This document shows, piece by piece, positions 29,839 through 40,005 of a stretch of 64,000 nucleotides of DNA. Position 1 is the stretch's first letter, and each line of letters begins with the position of its first letter. Source of the stretch: a virus. A program made the position numbers and the translations under genes. The notes under the pieces are model-generated. The model had not been told where the DNA came from, ran no database searches, and saw only the letters and a list, made by a program, of their open reading frames with translations. The stretch lies in the UHGV virus genome UHGV-0351052; one strand, written 5' to 3'.

Positions 29839-31366
29839 CTACTGTTATCCATTTACCATTAATCTGTACCTCATCATTTTCATTTACGATAATTGTATCG
29901 CCATTTAGTTCGAAAGTAAACCACTCGCCATCTTCTTTTTCTTCAAACGCCTTTTCACCAAGAACTAGACCAGTGATTGCGCAAATATCAAATAGTTCTT
30001 TGTTTTTAAGCATATCTGCATAAGACATACCCCAACTGTTGAGAACTTTACCACGCAATGGATAACCACCATGAAGTTCTTTATCGCGAACATCAATAAG
30101 ATATCCGATAGCAGAATCACCCTCAGTCAAGAAAAGAGTAGTATCAGCATCTTTACCACAAAGGTTCGCTTTGATATGTTTATGAACCTTAGCTTTAGAA
30201 GCCTTTTTAGCTGCTTTAGTTTCTGCTGCTTTTTCTGCCGCCAATTTACGAGCTAATGCTGCTTCAATGATTGGCATCAGAATTGCTTCATTATTTAGAA
30301 TAGCACGTGAAATCTTTTTAGCGTCAAGTTGAATATGACTACGAATTTCGCCAAATGGAGAAGTCAAACGCTCTTTAGTCTGAGAATCAAATCGCATGTT
30401 TTTCATATCACGAACAAACATAACGATAGTCAAACATTCTTTGACACGTGCTTTAGTCACATCAATTTTGAACTTACGTTTGATTTGTGGAATAAGGTCT
30501 TCACAAATATCATCCATAACACAGTCAATGTGATGGCCACCATTCTTAGTATGAATGTTATTAACGTATGTTAATTGACGAAAACCATCCGGTGAACGAC
30601 CAACTGCAATAGAACAATTTTCTTGTTCTTGAACAATAGCATGCTCATCATATTGGCGTGCATATTTCTTAAAATTGCCCTGAACCTTTTTACCATTAAA
30701 GGTAAATTGAATATCAGGATAAACTACTGCAAGTGTCTGGAGACGATCTAGTGTAATGTCAAGATAAACTTGGGACAGCTCATTAGTTTCAAATGACATA
30801 AAATCAGGAATGAAAGTAACACGAGTTCCTTTCCATTTTCCAGGAATATCTTCCCATGATTTATTTTCCATGCCATTTGAACAACGAACTACAATATTAT
30901 TTTGACCATCGCCAGTTTCACCAACAAACATCACAGAAAAAATGTTTGTCAAACTAGAACCAACACCATTCATACCGCCAGTGACGCGTTCTTTATCATC
31001 ACCAAAGTTACCACCTGCTTTTGGAATAGTCCAGGCAGCAACAGGACCAGGAATTTCTTCACCGGTAGGTGTTTTAACCATCGCTTGTGGAATACCGCGA
31101 CCGTTATCTTCAACTGTTACTTGATTGTTTTTAATAGTAACATTAATTTTATTTGCGAATTTAAACTTAGTACGAATACCTTCATCTACTGAGTTATCGA
31201 TAATTTCATCAATAAGCTTAACAAGACCAGGTACATACTGAACACTTTCCCATTTACCAAACAGAAAGCGCTCATGCATTTCATTAGCGGAAGAGCCAAT
31301 GTACATGCCGCTACGCTTTTTGATATGTTCAATATCGCTCAGAATTTTAATTTCATTCTTAATCAT
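29816..31366 (-). CDS. 39: DNA topoisomerase II large subunit gp39 (516 aa; ATG at 31366)
   Basis: GyrB-type ATPase; ORF-track first codon is GTG, ATG follows a GAGGA ribosome site. Confidence 0.9.
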   Translation of the reverse strand: MIKNEIKILSDIEHIKKRSGMYIGSSANEMHERFLFGKWESVQYVPGLVKLIDEIIDNSVDEGIRTKFKFANKINVTIKNNQVTVEDNGRGIPQAMVKTPTGEEIPGPVAAWTIPKAGGNFGDDKERVTGGMNGVGSSLTNIFSVMFVGETGDGQNNIVVRCSNGMENKSWEDIPGKWKGTRVTFIPDFMSFETNELSQVYLDITLDRLQTLAVVYPDIQFTFNGKKVQGNFKKYARQYDEHAIVQEQENCSIAVGRSPDGFRQLTYVNNIHTKNGGHHIDCVMDDICEDLIPQIKRKFKIDVTKARVKECLTIVMFVRDMKNMRFDSQTKERLTSPFGEIRSHIQLDAKKISRAILNNEAILMPIIEAALARKLAAEKAAETKAAKKASKAKVHKHIKANLCGKDADTTLFLTEGDSAIGYLIDVRDKELHGGYPLRGKVLNSWGMSYADMLKNKELFDICAITGLVLGEKAFEEKEDGEWFTFELNGDTIIVNENDEVQINGKWITVGELRKNL

Positions 31367-31420
31367 CACTTATCCTCGTTTGGTTTCGGGAATATTATAC
31401 TCCGGTAATCATAAAGCTAA

Positions 31421-31435
31421 AGGCCCGAAGGCCTT
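31421..31435 (-). terminator. hairpin AGGCC-CGAA-GGCCT (UUCG loop on minus RNA)
   Basis: GC stem plus flanking A/T runs. Confidence 0.4.
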
Positions 31436-31696
31436 TTATTTAAAACGAATAGTCGAATCCTTGAAGAATAGTCCAGAACATACTGTTCCTTCTACTTTCT
31501 GTCCAGTAGGTCCAATAGCACGAAATCCAGTATGCTGGAAATCATTTTCAGAGCAACCGAACCAGTTATATCCAGTGATTTCAATATTAGTAAAACCACT
31601 TGAAGACAAAACTTTGGTTGCATTATCAGCATCAGTACATCCTATTAAAGACACTGCTAATACTAATGCTGCAATAGAACGATTAACATATTTCAT
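31436..31696 (-). CDS. putative lipoprotein (86 aa)
   Basis: Signal peptide with lipobox-like LIGC (MKYVNRSIAALVLAVSLIGCTD...). Confidence 0.45.
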   Translation of the reverse strand: MKYVNRSIAALVLAVSLIGCTDADNATKVLSSSGFTNIEITGYNWFGCSENDFQHTGFRAIGPTGQKVEGTVCSGLFFKDSTIRFK

Positions 31697-31731
31697 AATT
31701 ACCCTTTAAGCAAGTCGTAAAATCCACCGTT

Positions 31732-31875
31732 CACATGCTTAGGAGCGGAAACTAACCGAATAGCAATCCGATGACAATCAGGACATACATCAGTATCCCT
31801 TTCAGAAATTTTCTTGATTTTTTCGTATTCTTTTGCACAGTCTTTGGATTGACATTTATAATCATAAAGAGGCAT
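31732..31875 (-). CDS. small zinc-ribbon protein (47 aa), below ORF-track cutoff
   Basis: Manual read: MPLYDYKCQSKDCAKEYEKIKKISERDTDVCPDCHRIAIRLVSAPSM; CxxC...CxxC spacing typical of FmdB-type zinc ribbons. Confidence 0.35.
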
Positions 31876-31877
31876 AA

Positions 31878-32303
31878 TTATTCCTTAAAGTGAGCTTTCA
31901 ACATCTGATACAAGGACCATGCCTGTTCATTATTTTCAATAGTAACTTTCATTACCGGGAATTCTGTGAAATCTTCTATTTGTTCTTGCTCTTGCTCTTC
32001 CTGCTCTTGTTCTTCAGCTGCCTGGTATGGATTTTCAACTTCATTAAAGAACCCAGCTTCGTTAGTAGAAAGCCAGATAAAGTTTTCGCCAAGGATATCA
32101 CCATATGTTGAATATCCAACTGTGCCAGTAGATGTCACAATTTTAGTAGGACGCCCGTAATAGTCAACATCTAAAATTTTAAAAGGCTCCATACCTAAAC
32201 GTCGTGCGTAGATTCCGTTATAAGTATGGTCTTTAATAAAAGCTTCTTGAGCTTGTTTATTTTTAAATTGATACCATTTATTAACTTCAAATTTAATAGC
32301 CAT
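31878..32303 (-). CDS. hypothetical acidic protein (141 aa; possibly goF/comC-alpha)
   Basis: Size and position downstream of 39 fit T4 goF; poly-EQ tract ([14 protein letters not shown]). Identity not verified. Confidence 0.4.
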   Translation of the reverse strand: MAIKFEVNKWYQFKNKQAQEAFIKDHTYNGIYARRLGMEPFKILDVDYYGRPTKIVTSTGTVGYSTYGDILGENFIWLSTNEAGFFNEVENPYQAAEEQEQEEQEQEQIEDFTEFPVMKVTIENNEQAWSLYQMLKAHFKE

Positions 32304-32518
32304 TAATAAATTTCCTTCCAGTAAGTTGTGCCATCTTCAGTAATTTCACGAAATACGCCATAAATTGGTTGTTTATCACCGACTTTCTCATACACATAAA
32401 CCGAAGTCAAGTGAGTAAACTTGCTAGTATGTTCCTTTTGAACTACTACCAAATCTGGATCGAATAATACATCTTCAAATTCATCATTAGTGCAATTCTG
32501 AACAATTTTACGTTTCAT
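32303..32518 (-). CDS. hypothetical protein (71 aa; possibly cef)
   Basis: Size and position only. Confidence 0.35.
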   Translation of the reverse strand: MKRKIVQNCTNDEFEDVLFDPDLVVVQKEHTSKFTHLTSVYVYEKVGDKQPIYGVFREITEDGTTYWKEIY

Positions 32519-32631
32519 TACAATTTCCTCATTAATTAAACATTGGAGCGATGCGTTTCAGAAGAGTATCAGCACCTTTAGCGAATTTCCATTTTATTCT
32601 CCAAGTTGTTTTCTGTATCAGTAGTTGATAT

Positions 32632-32686
32632 TGATATAGTACCATAATCAACTACCGATGTATATAGTTTTATGAAAAAAATTTTA
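32632..32686 (-). promoter_or_regulatory. T4-type early promoter block, copy 5 (divergent -35)
   Basis: Conserved -10/leader block; -35 region differs from the other copies. Confidence 0.35.
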
Positions 32687-32690
32687 AACT

Positions 32691-33182
32691 TTATGCATAG
32701 CGGGCTTTGCTATAGTGTTTAATCCAACTTTCAGGAATGACTTTGTATGTTCCTAAAAATACCGCGTTGTACAACTTAACGCCATCTTCTACCCACTGAT
32801 CGGTAATGTATGCGCACATAGCACGAGTACGCCGAGGAAGTGGTTGTCCACCTTCGGTAAATTCGAATTCATAAGGAGCAATGAACTTAATAGCCTGACC
32901 GAGTTTCCACTTAAAGTCTACACCTACATGTGAAGTATCAATCGTTTCAATTCCTTTAGCAGGAACAGCTTTCAAAAACGCAGATTCAAGAAATTTCGCA
33001 CGAACATAGCCAAACTGAGGTTTAGACTTTCCATCTTTAGGAATGATACGCACTTTTACTTCAGAATCTTCATCTTTAACGCCATGTTTAAGCTGAATGC
33101 TTACAATTTCAACCAATTTTCCTGCTGCTTTAGAACGGGATTTATCAGATACACGAGCAATTTCACCAATATTAATAATCAT
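32691..33182 (-). CDS. MotB-like protein (163 aa)
   Basis: Position and size fit T4 motB; shares a C-terminal domain with the next ORF (YITDQWVEDGVKLYNAVF vs WVTDQWIEDGVELLNVVH). Confidence 0.45.
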   Translation of the reverse strand: MIINIGEIARVSDKSRSKAAGKLVEIVSIQLKHGVKDEDSEVKVRIIPKDGKSKPQFGYVRAKFLESAFLKAVPAKGIETIDTSHVGVDFKWKLGQAIKFIAPYEFEFTEGGQPLPRRTRAMCAYITDQWVEDGVKLYNAVFLGTYKVIPESWIKHYSKARYA

Positions 33183-33258
33183 AGTTATCTCTCACTTGTT
33201 AAAAAGATTTTATACTCCACAGGACCATTATACTCTGGTCCCAAGAGTTTGTAAACTA

Positions 33259-33804
33259 TTAATTCAAAATAGCTACCACTGCACTACGAGGTACTACGCT
33301 AAAATCACCTGCATGAACAACGTTCAGAAGTTCAACACCATCTTCAATCCATTGGTCTGTTACCCAACCACAGATAGGATTATCAAAAGGACGACGAATA
33401 GACACAGCAGCACACAACAGGTCTGTAGGGTCTTGTTCTTCAACTTCTTGGAACAGGATGAACTCATCTTCATAAACCAGGTTTTTCTTTATTTTGTTAT
33501 TATCTAACCGGCGACCGTGGATGACGTAAGATTTGTCAAACCACTCACTTTTGGCAAATTCTTCAACAATAAATTCGCCTTCGCCAAAAACATCAGTCAG
33601 AGTTTTATGACCAGAAATCAAGGCATTAGTTTTAATTTTAGGTTCAACCAGTTTGTAGGTTTTGCCGATTTCAATAGCGGTAGTCATAGTAGGTTCCTTA
33701 ATTTCCAGTGGTTTAACAGGGCATACATAAGTGCTTACAACATCAAAATCAATCAGCTTAGCTACCGGATTTGGTGTGTATTCAGGATTATAATTAAATT
33801 TCAT
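33259..33804 (-). CDS. hypothetical protein (181 aa), paralog of preceding ORF
   Basis: Shared C-terminal domain with 32691-33182. Confidence 0.45.
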   Translation of the reverse strand: MKFNYNPEYTPNPVAKLIDFDVVSTYVCPVKPLEIKEPTMTTAIEIGKTYKLVEPKIKTNALISGHKTLTDVFGEGEFIVEEFAKSEWFDKSYVIHGRRLDNNKIKKNLVYEDEFILFQEVEEQDPTDLLCAAVSIRRPFDNPICGWVTDQWIEDGVELLNVVHAGDFSVVPRSAVVAILN

Positions 33805-33806
33805 AA

Positions 33807-34304
33807 TTATCTCATTTCAATAAAATCTACAAGTTCAGCATGCGATTTGCGGAACATTACTTGGTGCCCGCCAATGATAACTTCATCTTCAGGAACTTCG
33901 TATACAGCGAGATAAAATCCTTTAGAAGATAATTCTTCCCGCTCTTCTCGCGTGAACCATCTCATCATATCATATTCGCTAGCGAAAGCAAAATGATAAA
34001 GACCTATAAACCATCCTGGAATATGATATTCTACTCCAACATAATCTTTCTTGAACTTAGTATTAATTACTATATTAGCGTTTTTAACTAATAGTTTATC
34101 TTCGTGTGGTAAAGGAATTCTTTTATTATCGCTATGATGCATAAAATTAGGTCTGTTATAACCTACGTGTAATAGCCACTCTTCACTCCATGAATCTATT
34201 ATACTCCTGTACGGCGTTATTTGAATACAAAGATTTCGACGTATTGTTATAGCATCTTCATTATTAAGAATACTAAAAGATGATTCAACACGATAAATTT
34301 TCAT
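33807..34304 (-). CDS. hypothetical protein (165 aa)
   Basis: ORF track; no recognisable motif. Confidence 0.45.
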   Translation of the reverse strand: MKIYRVESSFSILNNEDAITIRRNLCIQITPYRSIIDSWSEEWLLHVGYNRPNFMHHSDNKRIPLPHEDKLLVKNANIVINTKFKKDYVGVEYHIPGWFIGLYHFAFASEYDMMRWFTREEREELSSKGFYLAVYEVPEDEVIIGGHQVMFRKSHAELVDFIEMR

Positions 34305-34367
34305 TTTATTATCCTCAGTAGCTATGGTGTTATAATACCATAACTAACCGAGGAAGTAAACAACTTT

Positions 34368-35051
34368 TTATCGTTTTGTTGGAAGAGACAGAGGATCGCA
34401 TTCTTCCTCTGATGGAGCATCTTCGAGACCCATAGCATATCGCAAAGCATACTTCATCATCAGGATGTCTTTCGCACAGTCATGAATAGAATCATGTGCA
34501 ACGAATCCATCTAAAGTTCCCTTTGGAAGAGGACACGTGGTCATATCACGAACAAGCAGAAGTGCTTCAATTCTGGTACGAATATCACGCTGATTCCAGA
34601 ATTTACATGGTTCTAACTTAAATGTATCAAGCTCATTTTCGGAAACGCCGTTAAGACGTTGAATATCACGAATAAGATCGACTAAAATTGGAAAATCAAA
34701 CGACATTCCACGGCACCAGCCTTGAGATTTCCAAGGATCGATATTATGTGCATTGATGTAATCATTAAATTTTGCAATACCGTCAATAGTACTTACATCT
34801 TCATCGGATGGTGCAATATTTTTTCGAGCTTCAGGTGATTGATTTTTCCACCATTCAATAGTGCTTTTAGTAAAAAGACGATGTCCTTTTTGGCTTTTTA
34901 AATCAAATTTGATTTTAATGCCACGTGAAACTAATTCATCAAATGTTTCAACTACTTCTGGATTAGGGTCAAAGGCAATAACAGCCAAATCAATAACAGC
35001 TGCCTTTTCACCGCTTCCCATTGTTTCAAAATCTATAATAAAATCAAACAT
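34368..35051 (-). CDS. dexA: exonuclease A DexA (227 aa)
   Basis: DnaQ-like exonuclease motif FDFETMG near N-terminus; length equals T4 DexA. Confidence 0.85.
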   Translation of the reverse strand: MFDFIIDFETMGSGEKAAVIDLAVIAFDPNPEVVETFDELVSRGIKIKFDLKSQKGHRLFTKSTIEWWKNQSPEARKNIAPSDEDVSTIDGIAKFNDYINAHNIDPWKSQGWCRGMSFDFPILVDLIRDIQRLNGVSENELDTFKLEPCKFWNQRDIRTRIEALLLVRDMTTCPLPKGTLDGFVAHDSIHDCAKDILMMKYALRYAMGLEDAPSEEECDPLSLPTKR

Positions 35052-35293
35052 TAAATTTTCCTTGCTAAATCGCGAATTTGACCTACAGTATAGTCTTGAA
35101 TATAAACTTTATTAATGGGCTCATCAATAAATTTTGCCACAGATTCAATGTCTTTTTGTATCTCTTCAAGACTGTATACTATCTTTGAAGCTTTTTCGCG
35201 AATAGTAATATTTTCAGGACCCGGATTTTCTTCAATGACATCTTTAACACTTGTCATAAGAGATTTAAACTGCCACCAACTTAATTCAATCAT
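35051..35293 (-). CDS. hypothetical protein (80 aa; start at ATG 35293)
   Basis: ATGA overlap with upstream stop; paralogous to the next small ORF. Confidence 0.4.
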   Translation of the reverse strand: MIELSWWQFKSLMTSVKDVIEENPGPENITIREKASKIVYSLEEIQKDIESVAKFIDEPINKVYIQDYTVGQIRDLARKI

Positions 35294-35546
35294 TAATAAC
35301 CGCCTTATAAAGATAGCTAATTTCACCTAAAATGTAATCACTGATTGTAACAGTTTTTACTTCACCACAAAAGAATTCTAACGCAATTAAATCTCGTTCA
35401 ATTTCTTCCAATTGAAGCATTAACTTGCCTGATTCAGTTTTCACATTTTTGCGATTTTTGCTATAAGCAATTTCATAAATTTCGCTTACTTTATCTTGAA
35501 GAAGATAAAACTGATCTTTAGTTATTTCCACGAATAGCTTCCTCAA
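35286..35546 (-). CDS. hypothetical protein (86 aa)
   Basis: ORF track; similar to 35051-35293. Confidence 0.4.
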   Translation of the reverse strand: MRKLFVEITKDQFYLLQDKVSEIYEIAYSKNRKNVKTESGKLMLQLEEIERDLIALEFFCGEVKTVTISDYILGEISYLYKAVIND

Positions 35547-35552
35547 ATTTAA

Positions 35553-36872
35553 TCATACATAAAACACATCATAACGACCACGCGTTACACCAACATAAAG
35601 AAGTTGTTGAGCCAATTCAGCATCTGCATAATGAATACAAGGCGTATAAATGAAAGCACGGTCTACAGACATGCCCTGAGCTTTATGGAATGTTGATGCA
35701 GGAAGTGCTTTCACTTTACTAAACTGTGATTTAGCATCCCAAAAATCACTCCACGGGGCTTTTCCGCCTTTATTCCAATTTTTATAAGTTTCTGCCGTTT
35801 TACCTAAAAATAGGTTAAACTTATACAATTCTTCATCAGATGAAATTATTTTAATCTTTTCACGATAATATTCATCATCGCCGTAAGTTTCTACTGTTAA
35901 ATCCCAATGACGAATTAAGTATTCTCCAGGAACACCACGGGCTTTAACAAAGGTTGATGTATACTCTGCTTCTATAATACGAACTAATTGTCCGTTATTA
36001 AAAATAATTTCTGACACAGGCTTTCCATCAATTTTATATGTTTTAATTAATGGTTCCTGCATTACAATAATTTCACCAACAATAAAATCTTTATCAGTTT
36101 CAAAAATCTTTTTACGAATAATGCTATTTAACTTGTCAACAGATTTATTCGTAAATGCCATTACGCGATTTTCAAACAAATCATCTAGTGATTTGACGAT
36201 TGAAAAATAATTTACCATAAAATCGCGTAAAGCAGTATCACCAGTAAATCCACGTACTCCATGCCCGTCAACAATTTTATCATAAATCCACTTACCGTTA
36301 CGAACGTCAGTAGCTACATCAATAATAGGAGCATTACTGCGTTTAACTTCAGTGAGTTCACACTGATAAAAATCTTTGTGTGTAAAGAATGGACTGATAT
36401 AAGCAGTATTTTCTCCTGGGTCAACAGGTCTAATTTGCTTATTATCCCCTATTCCAATTATAGTACACCACGGCGGGATAGTTGAAAGCAGAATTTTGAA
36501 TAGCTTTCTATCATACATTGACACTTCATCGCAGATTAATACCCTGCATTTAGCTAAATCTGGTACTTCCTTCTGTTCAAAAAGAACATTTTCTTCATAT
36601 GTTACTGGGTTAATTTTAAGAATACTATGAATAGTACTTGCTTCTTTCCCTGATAGTTTTGAAAGAATCTTTTTAGCTGCATGAGTAGGAGCTGCTAAAA
36701 TAATACCAGTTTCACCCGTAGATATTAAAGCTTCAATGATGAACTTGGTAAGAGTAGTCTTACCGGTACCAGCAGGTCCATTAATAGTTACATGATGTTT
36801 CTTTTCTTTGATAGCCCTCATAACGATGTTAAAGGCATTTTTCTGGCCTTCTGTCAAATCATCAAATGTCAT
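35553..36872 (-). CDS. dda: Dda DNA helicase (439 aa)
   Basis: Walker A GPAGTGKT; length equals T4 Dda. Confidence 0.9.
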   Translation of the reverse strand: MTFDDLTEGQKNAFNIVMRAIKEKKHHVTINGPAGTGKTTLTKFIIEALISTGETGIILAAPTHAAKKILSKLSGKEASTIHSILKINPVTYEENVLFEQKEVPDLAKCRVLICDEVSMYDRKLFKILLSTIPPWCTIIGIGDNKQIRPVDPGENTAYISPFFTHKDFYQCELTEVKRSNAPIIDVATDVRNGKWIYDKIVDGHGVRGFTGDTALRDFMVNYFSIVKSLDDLFENRVMAFTNKSVDKLNSIIRKKIFETDKDFIVGEIIVMQEPLIKTYKIDGKPVSEIIFNNGQLVRIIEAEYTSTFVKARGVPGEYLIRHWDLTVETYGDDEYYREKIKIISSDEELYKFNLFLGKTAETYKNWNKGGKAPWSDFWDAKSQFSKVKALPASTFHKAQGMSVDRAFIYTPCIHYADAELAQQLLYVGVTRGRYDVFYV

Positions 36873-37180
36873 CGTAAATTCCCTGCAATTGGTATACTAA
36901 CAATACGCCCAGTATCTAAAATTCGCTGATATAATCTTTGTGTGTCTACATCAGGCTTAACATGTTTAACTTCTATTTTATTAAACCAAAATTTACGTGG
37001 AGTCTCAACTAATCTTGGAATTCCCTTACCTAAAGCTAGTCGATACTGCTCTTTGAGAGTAGTAAAAACTCTATCAGCAATCTCTCTTTCAAAAAACACA
37101 GCAGGACGATGTTCATCAAGCGGAACTGGCGCCGTAAATCCGTCTTTGTCTCGGTAAACTATCGCATATACATAAACCAT
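36869..37180 (-). CDS. hypothetical protein (103 aa; dda.1 position)
   Basis: ORF track. Confidence 0.45.
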   Translation of the reverse strand: MVYVYAIVYRDKDGFTAPVPLDEHRPAVFFEREIADRVFTTLKEQYRLALGKGIPRLVETPRKFWFNKIEVKHVKPDVDTQRLYQRILDTGRIVSIPIAGNLR

Positions 37181-37181
37181 A

Positions 37182-37928
37182 TTATCCTCGGATAAGTTTA
37201 AAAATTGAACAATTTAGCGGATATCCTCTTTTCAGTTTAAGTTTATCAATAAAAGACAAGTTTTGATACCGCTCTACACCTTGAATAATTTTATCACACA
37301 TATCATATTGCATTTCTGCTTCTGACAACTTTTTCACAGTTTTCCAATCCGAGCCTTTAAGAAGAACGTTCAATTTAACAACTTCAGCGCCTTCTGCTAT
37401 ACGAGAACCATCAATACGAGCTTTGAGTGCTACAATCGTTAGCTTAATATCAGAGGTTTGTTTTGATTTAGAAAGCTGAGAAATGTGTTCAATTCGGTTT
37501 TCACGTTTTTTCTGTATAGCTTTAATTTGATTATAAGTCTTTTTGATTTTAGCCCATTTCTTTTCATCTAAATTTAGTTTATGAACTTTTTTCGCAGATG
37601 AACGACCAATTCGCAAAGCAAACAAATCACGCTTTTCAATCAACTCTTCTAAAGTATAATCAGAACGAAATGTATTATACTTTTTCTTTACTGCAATAAC
37701 ATTCCCTTTAATGTATCCAACGTTATTATCAAAACGTTCTAATGATAATTTCTCTCCTTCAATACGATTATCAAAAGGTTCTCCCGAGTAAGCGCAAACT
37801 TTCTGATCTAAAATGTTCTTAATGTAATTGAAGTCTAAGTTAAAATCTTTAGAACGTCTTTTAGCAGATGCCTGAGTGTGCTCTAGACGACGTGTAATTT
37901 TACGAATTTGATTTTTAGACAGCTTCAT
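37182..37928 (-). CDS. Srd-position protein (248 aa) with degenerate HNH-like segment
   Basis: Location between modA and dda fits T4 srd; segment CAYSGEPF..LSLERFDNNVGYIKGNVIAV resembles an HNH/AP2-type fold lacking the catalytic His. Confidence 0.4.
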   Translation of the reverse strand: MKLSKNQIRKITRRLEHTQASAKRRSKDFNLDFNYIKNILDQKVCAYSGEPFDNRIEGEKLSLERFDNNVGYIKGNVIAVKKKYNTFRSDYTLEELIEKRDLFALRIGRSSAKKVHKLNLDEKKWAKIKKTYNQIKAIQKKRENRIEHISQLSKSKQTSDIKLTIVALKARIDGSRIAEGAEVVKLNVLLKGSDWKTVKKLSEAEMQYDMCDKIIQGVERYQNLSFIDKLKLKRGYPLNCSIFKLIRG

Positions 37929-38053
37929 ATTTTTCTCACATCTTACGGACGATTTAATACTTTATTACTATAACATTTTTACCTTAACTTGTAAACAACT
38001 TTATGTAAAAATGCTTTAAAAATTTCATGGTATAATGAATCTAAGTCCTTCCA

Positions 38054-38656
38054 TTATAGATTAAATCCTTCAAAATCAAGAGTATAGATAGTGTATGTTG
38101 AATACTTTTTGTACTCATATCTATCTGCAATTCTAAATACGCTTCCAGCCGGTATCATTACTTCTTGTTCATCTGAAACTAATTCCATATTACGATAACG
38201 ATGGCTATCTGGAAACTTAAAGTTTGGATTGTATTCTTTACAGCGTAGAGCTTTTATAGCATACTCCTGGAAATTGAATACCATAGGAGCTTTGAATTCA
38301 AAAATAACTTGTGTGTTATACTCTAACCCAGAAGCAAAATGTAGAGCTATATTTTTATCATATGAAGCTGATACGACTTTATCAAATGTAATAATATCAA
38401 TTCCTTGATTTAATACTTGCTTAGTCTCAGCTGGAACACCTCTCCAAAGAGGTTTATCGTTTGGAACCAAACGAGATTTGATTATTTCATTTAACCAAGT
38501 ATGGTCATCTGGTTTGTTGGTAATACAATGAATTAAAAGTTCAATTTCAGATAAATTAAACCCTTCAGAAAGTAATTCTTCACGAATAGAAGCACGCACC
38601 GATGCATCCACTGATTTTATTTTAAAATCTTTTAGTTGCATTACTGAGTATTTCAT
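38054..38656 (-). CDS. modA: ADP-ribosyltransferase ModA (200 aa)
   Basis: R-S-E type motifs (LWRGVP, SAS, EQEVMIPAG); size equals T4 ModA. Confidence 0.7.
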   Translation of the reverse strand: MKYSVMQLKDFKIKSVDASVRASIREELLSEGFNLSEIELLIHCITNKPDDHTWLNEIIKSRLVPNDKPLWRGVPAETKQVLNQGIDIITFDKVVSASYDKNIALHFASGLEYNTQVIFEFKAPMVFNFQEYAIKALRCKEYNPNFKFPDSHRYRNMELVSDEQEVMIPAGSVFRIADRYEYKKYSTYTIYTLDFEGFNL

Positions 38657-39288
38657 TCAACTACCTCAATATCATACACTTTAAATGTTCCAAATGAATC
38701 GTGTAATTTTTCTTTTGAAATAGAAGTTATTCTATACTTTCCAATTGGAATCATCCATTCTTGTTCACGCACAATCATCATTAAGTTATCAGTACGTTCT
38801 GAATCTAATCCATCAGTATCTTCATATGTATACTTAAACTCAGTATTAGGAGAAGAAAGTATAATATCGCTGATATGGTCAGAATAATTAAAAGCTTTAT
38901 CAGTTTTTAAGCGAAATATTATTTCAGTGAAATACTCAACATAAGAAAAACCACATGCTGTGAGTAAACTAGTAGTAAATGAATCTACCCTGTTCGTTGA
39001 AAACACTTCTCCAACTTGTAAATCTTTAATGAGTTCTTTTGCCGATTTTGATATACCACGATATAGCTGATAAGGCGATTTAGTTAAATGCTTTTTAACG
39101 ATTTTATTCAACTGCCTATGAAGAGCTTCATTCTTTTTGGCTTCCATACATTGCCAAAGAATTGACTGTTCAAAGTCAGTAAATTTTTCACAGACCTTTT
39201 TATACATATCATATTGAAAATCGACACTTTCAGCTTTTATAGATAACTGTTCAACATCTGCAAGATTAATAATCATGATAGCCTCCAT
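38653..39288 (-). CDS. modB: ADP-ribosyltransferase ModB (211 aa)
   Basis: Paralog of ModA with LYRGIS and EQEWMIPIG motifs. Confidence 0.7.
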   Translation of the reverse strand: MEAIMIINLADVEQLSIKAESVDFQYDMYKKVCEKFTDFEQSILWQCMEAKKNEALHRQLNKIVKKHLTKSPYQLYRGISKSAKELIKDLQVGEVFSTNRVDSFTTSLLTACGFSYVEYFTEIIFRLKTDKAFNYSDHISDIILSSPNTEFKYTYEDTDGLDSERTDNLMMIVREQEWMIPIGKYRITSISKEKLHDSFGTFKVYDIEVVE

Positions 39289-39343
39289 ATACTTCAGAAG
39301 CTATCATATCATCGTTAGAAAGGAAAGTAAACAACTTTTTGAA

Positions 39344-39526
39344 TTATTTTGCCCAGGGAGCCCAGGGCGGAGGGTCAAGATGGTATGAAGCTAGTTCTTC
39401 TAGAAGAGCATCTGGGGCTTCAATTCCATAATTCTGTAATACTATACGGTACTCTTTCTTATAATCACTAGAATCATTCTGGATATTCGTAGAATGATTA
39501 TCTTCTAACATCTCAAATAAATCCAT
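39344..39526 (-). CDS. hypothetical protein (60 aa)
   Basis: ORF track. Confidence 0.35.
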   Translation of the reverse strand: MDLFEMLEDNHSTNIQNDSSDYKKEYRIVLQNYGIEAPDALLEELASYHLDPPPWAPWAK

Positions 39527-39534
39527 ATTAATTC

Positions 39535-40005
39535 CTAGCGATAAAAACCAAAATAACGATTAGCTTCAATAATCTTTCTTTCTTCTTCGGACATTCTCCA
39601 GCGTAGTCCAACATCAAAATGAGCCCAGACCATCTTAACAAATGCATTTATATCTTTAATATCTTCAATAATGAATGTTTTACTTTTCGAAGGTTGACTC
39701 GCTAATTTAACTTTATCATCTTCAAACAGGTCAAAAAGACCATATTCATGAGCTCTTTTATAGCCTTTAATAGTTAAAGCTTCGGAAGAAGAAAACGGTG
39801 AATCAGTATTTTGTAAAATATCTTCAGTATGCTTTATAATTAGAATAATATTTTCTGGATATTTTCTTTCTTTTATATCTTTAATTAAAAAATCCGGATT
39901 TTCTGCTAAAGGAATAATCAATGAGCAATTTTTATCAAGCGTATTTACTGATTTACCTTCTTTAGACATAAATTCTATCGAATAATGTTTTGCTACTTCA
40001 ATCAT
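39535..40005 (-). CDS. hypothetical protein (156 aa; mrh position)
   Basis: ORF track; size near T4 Mrh. Confidence 0.45.
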
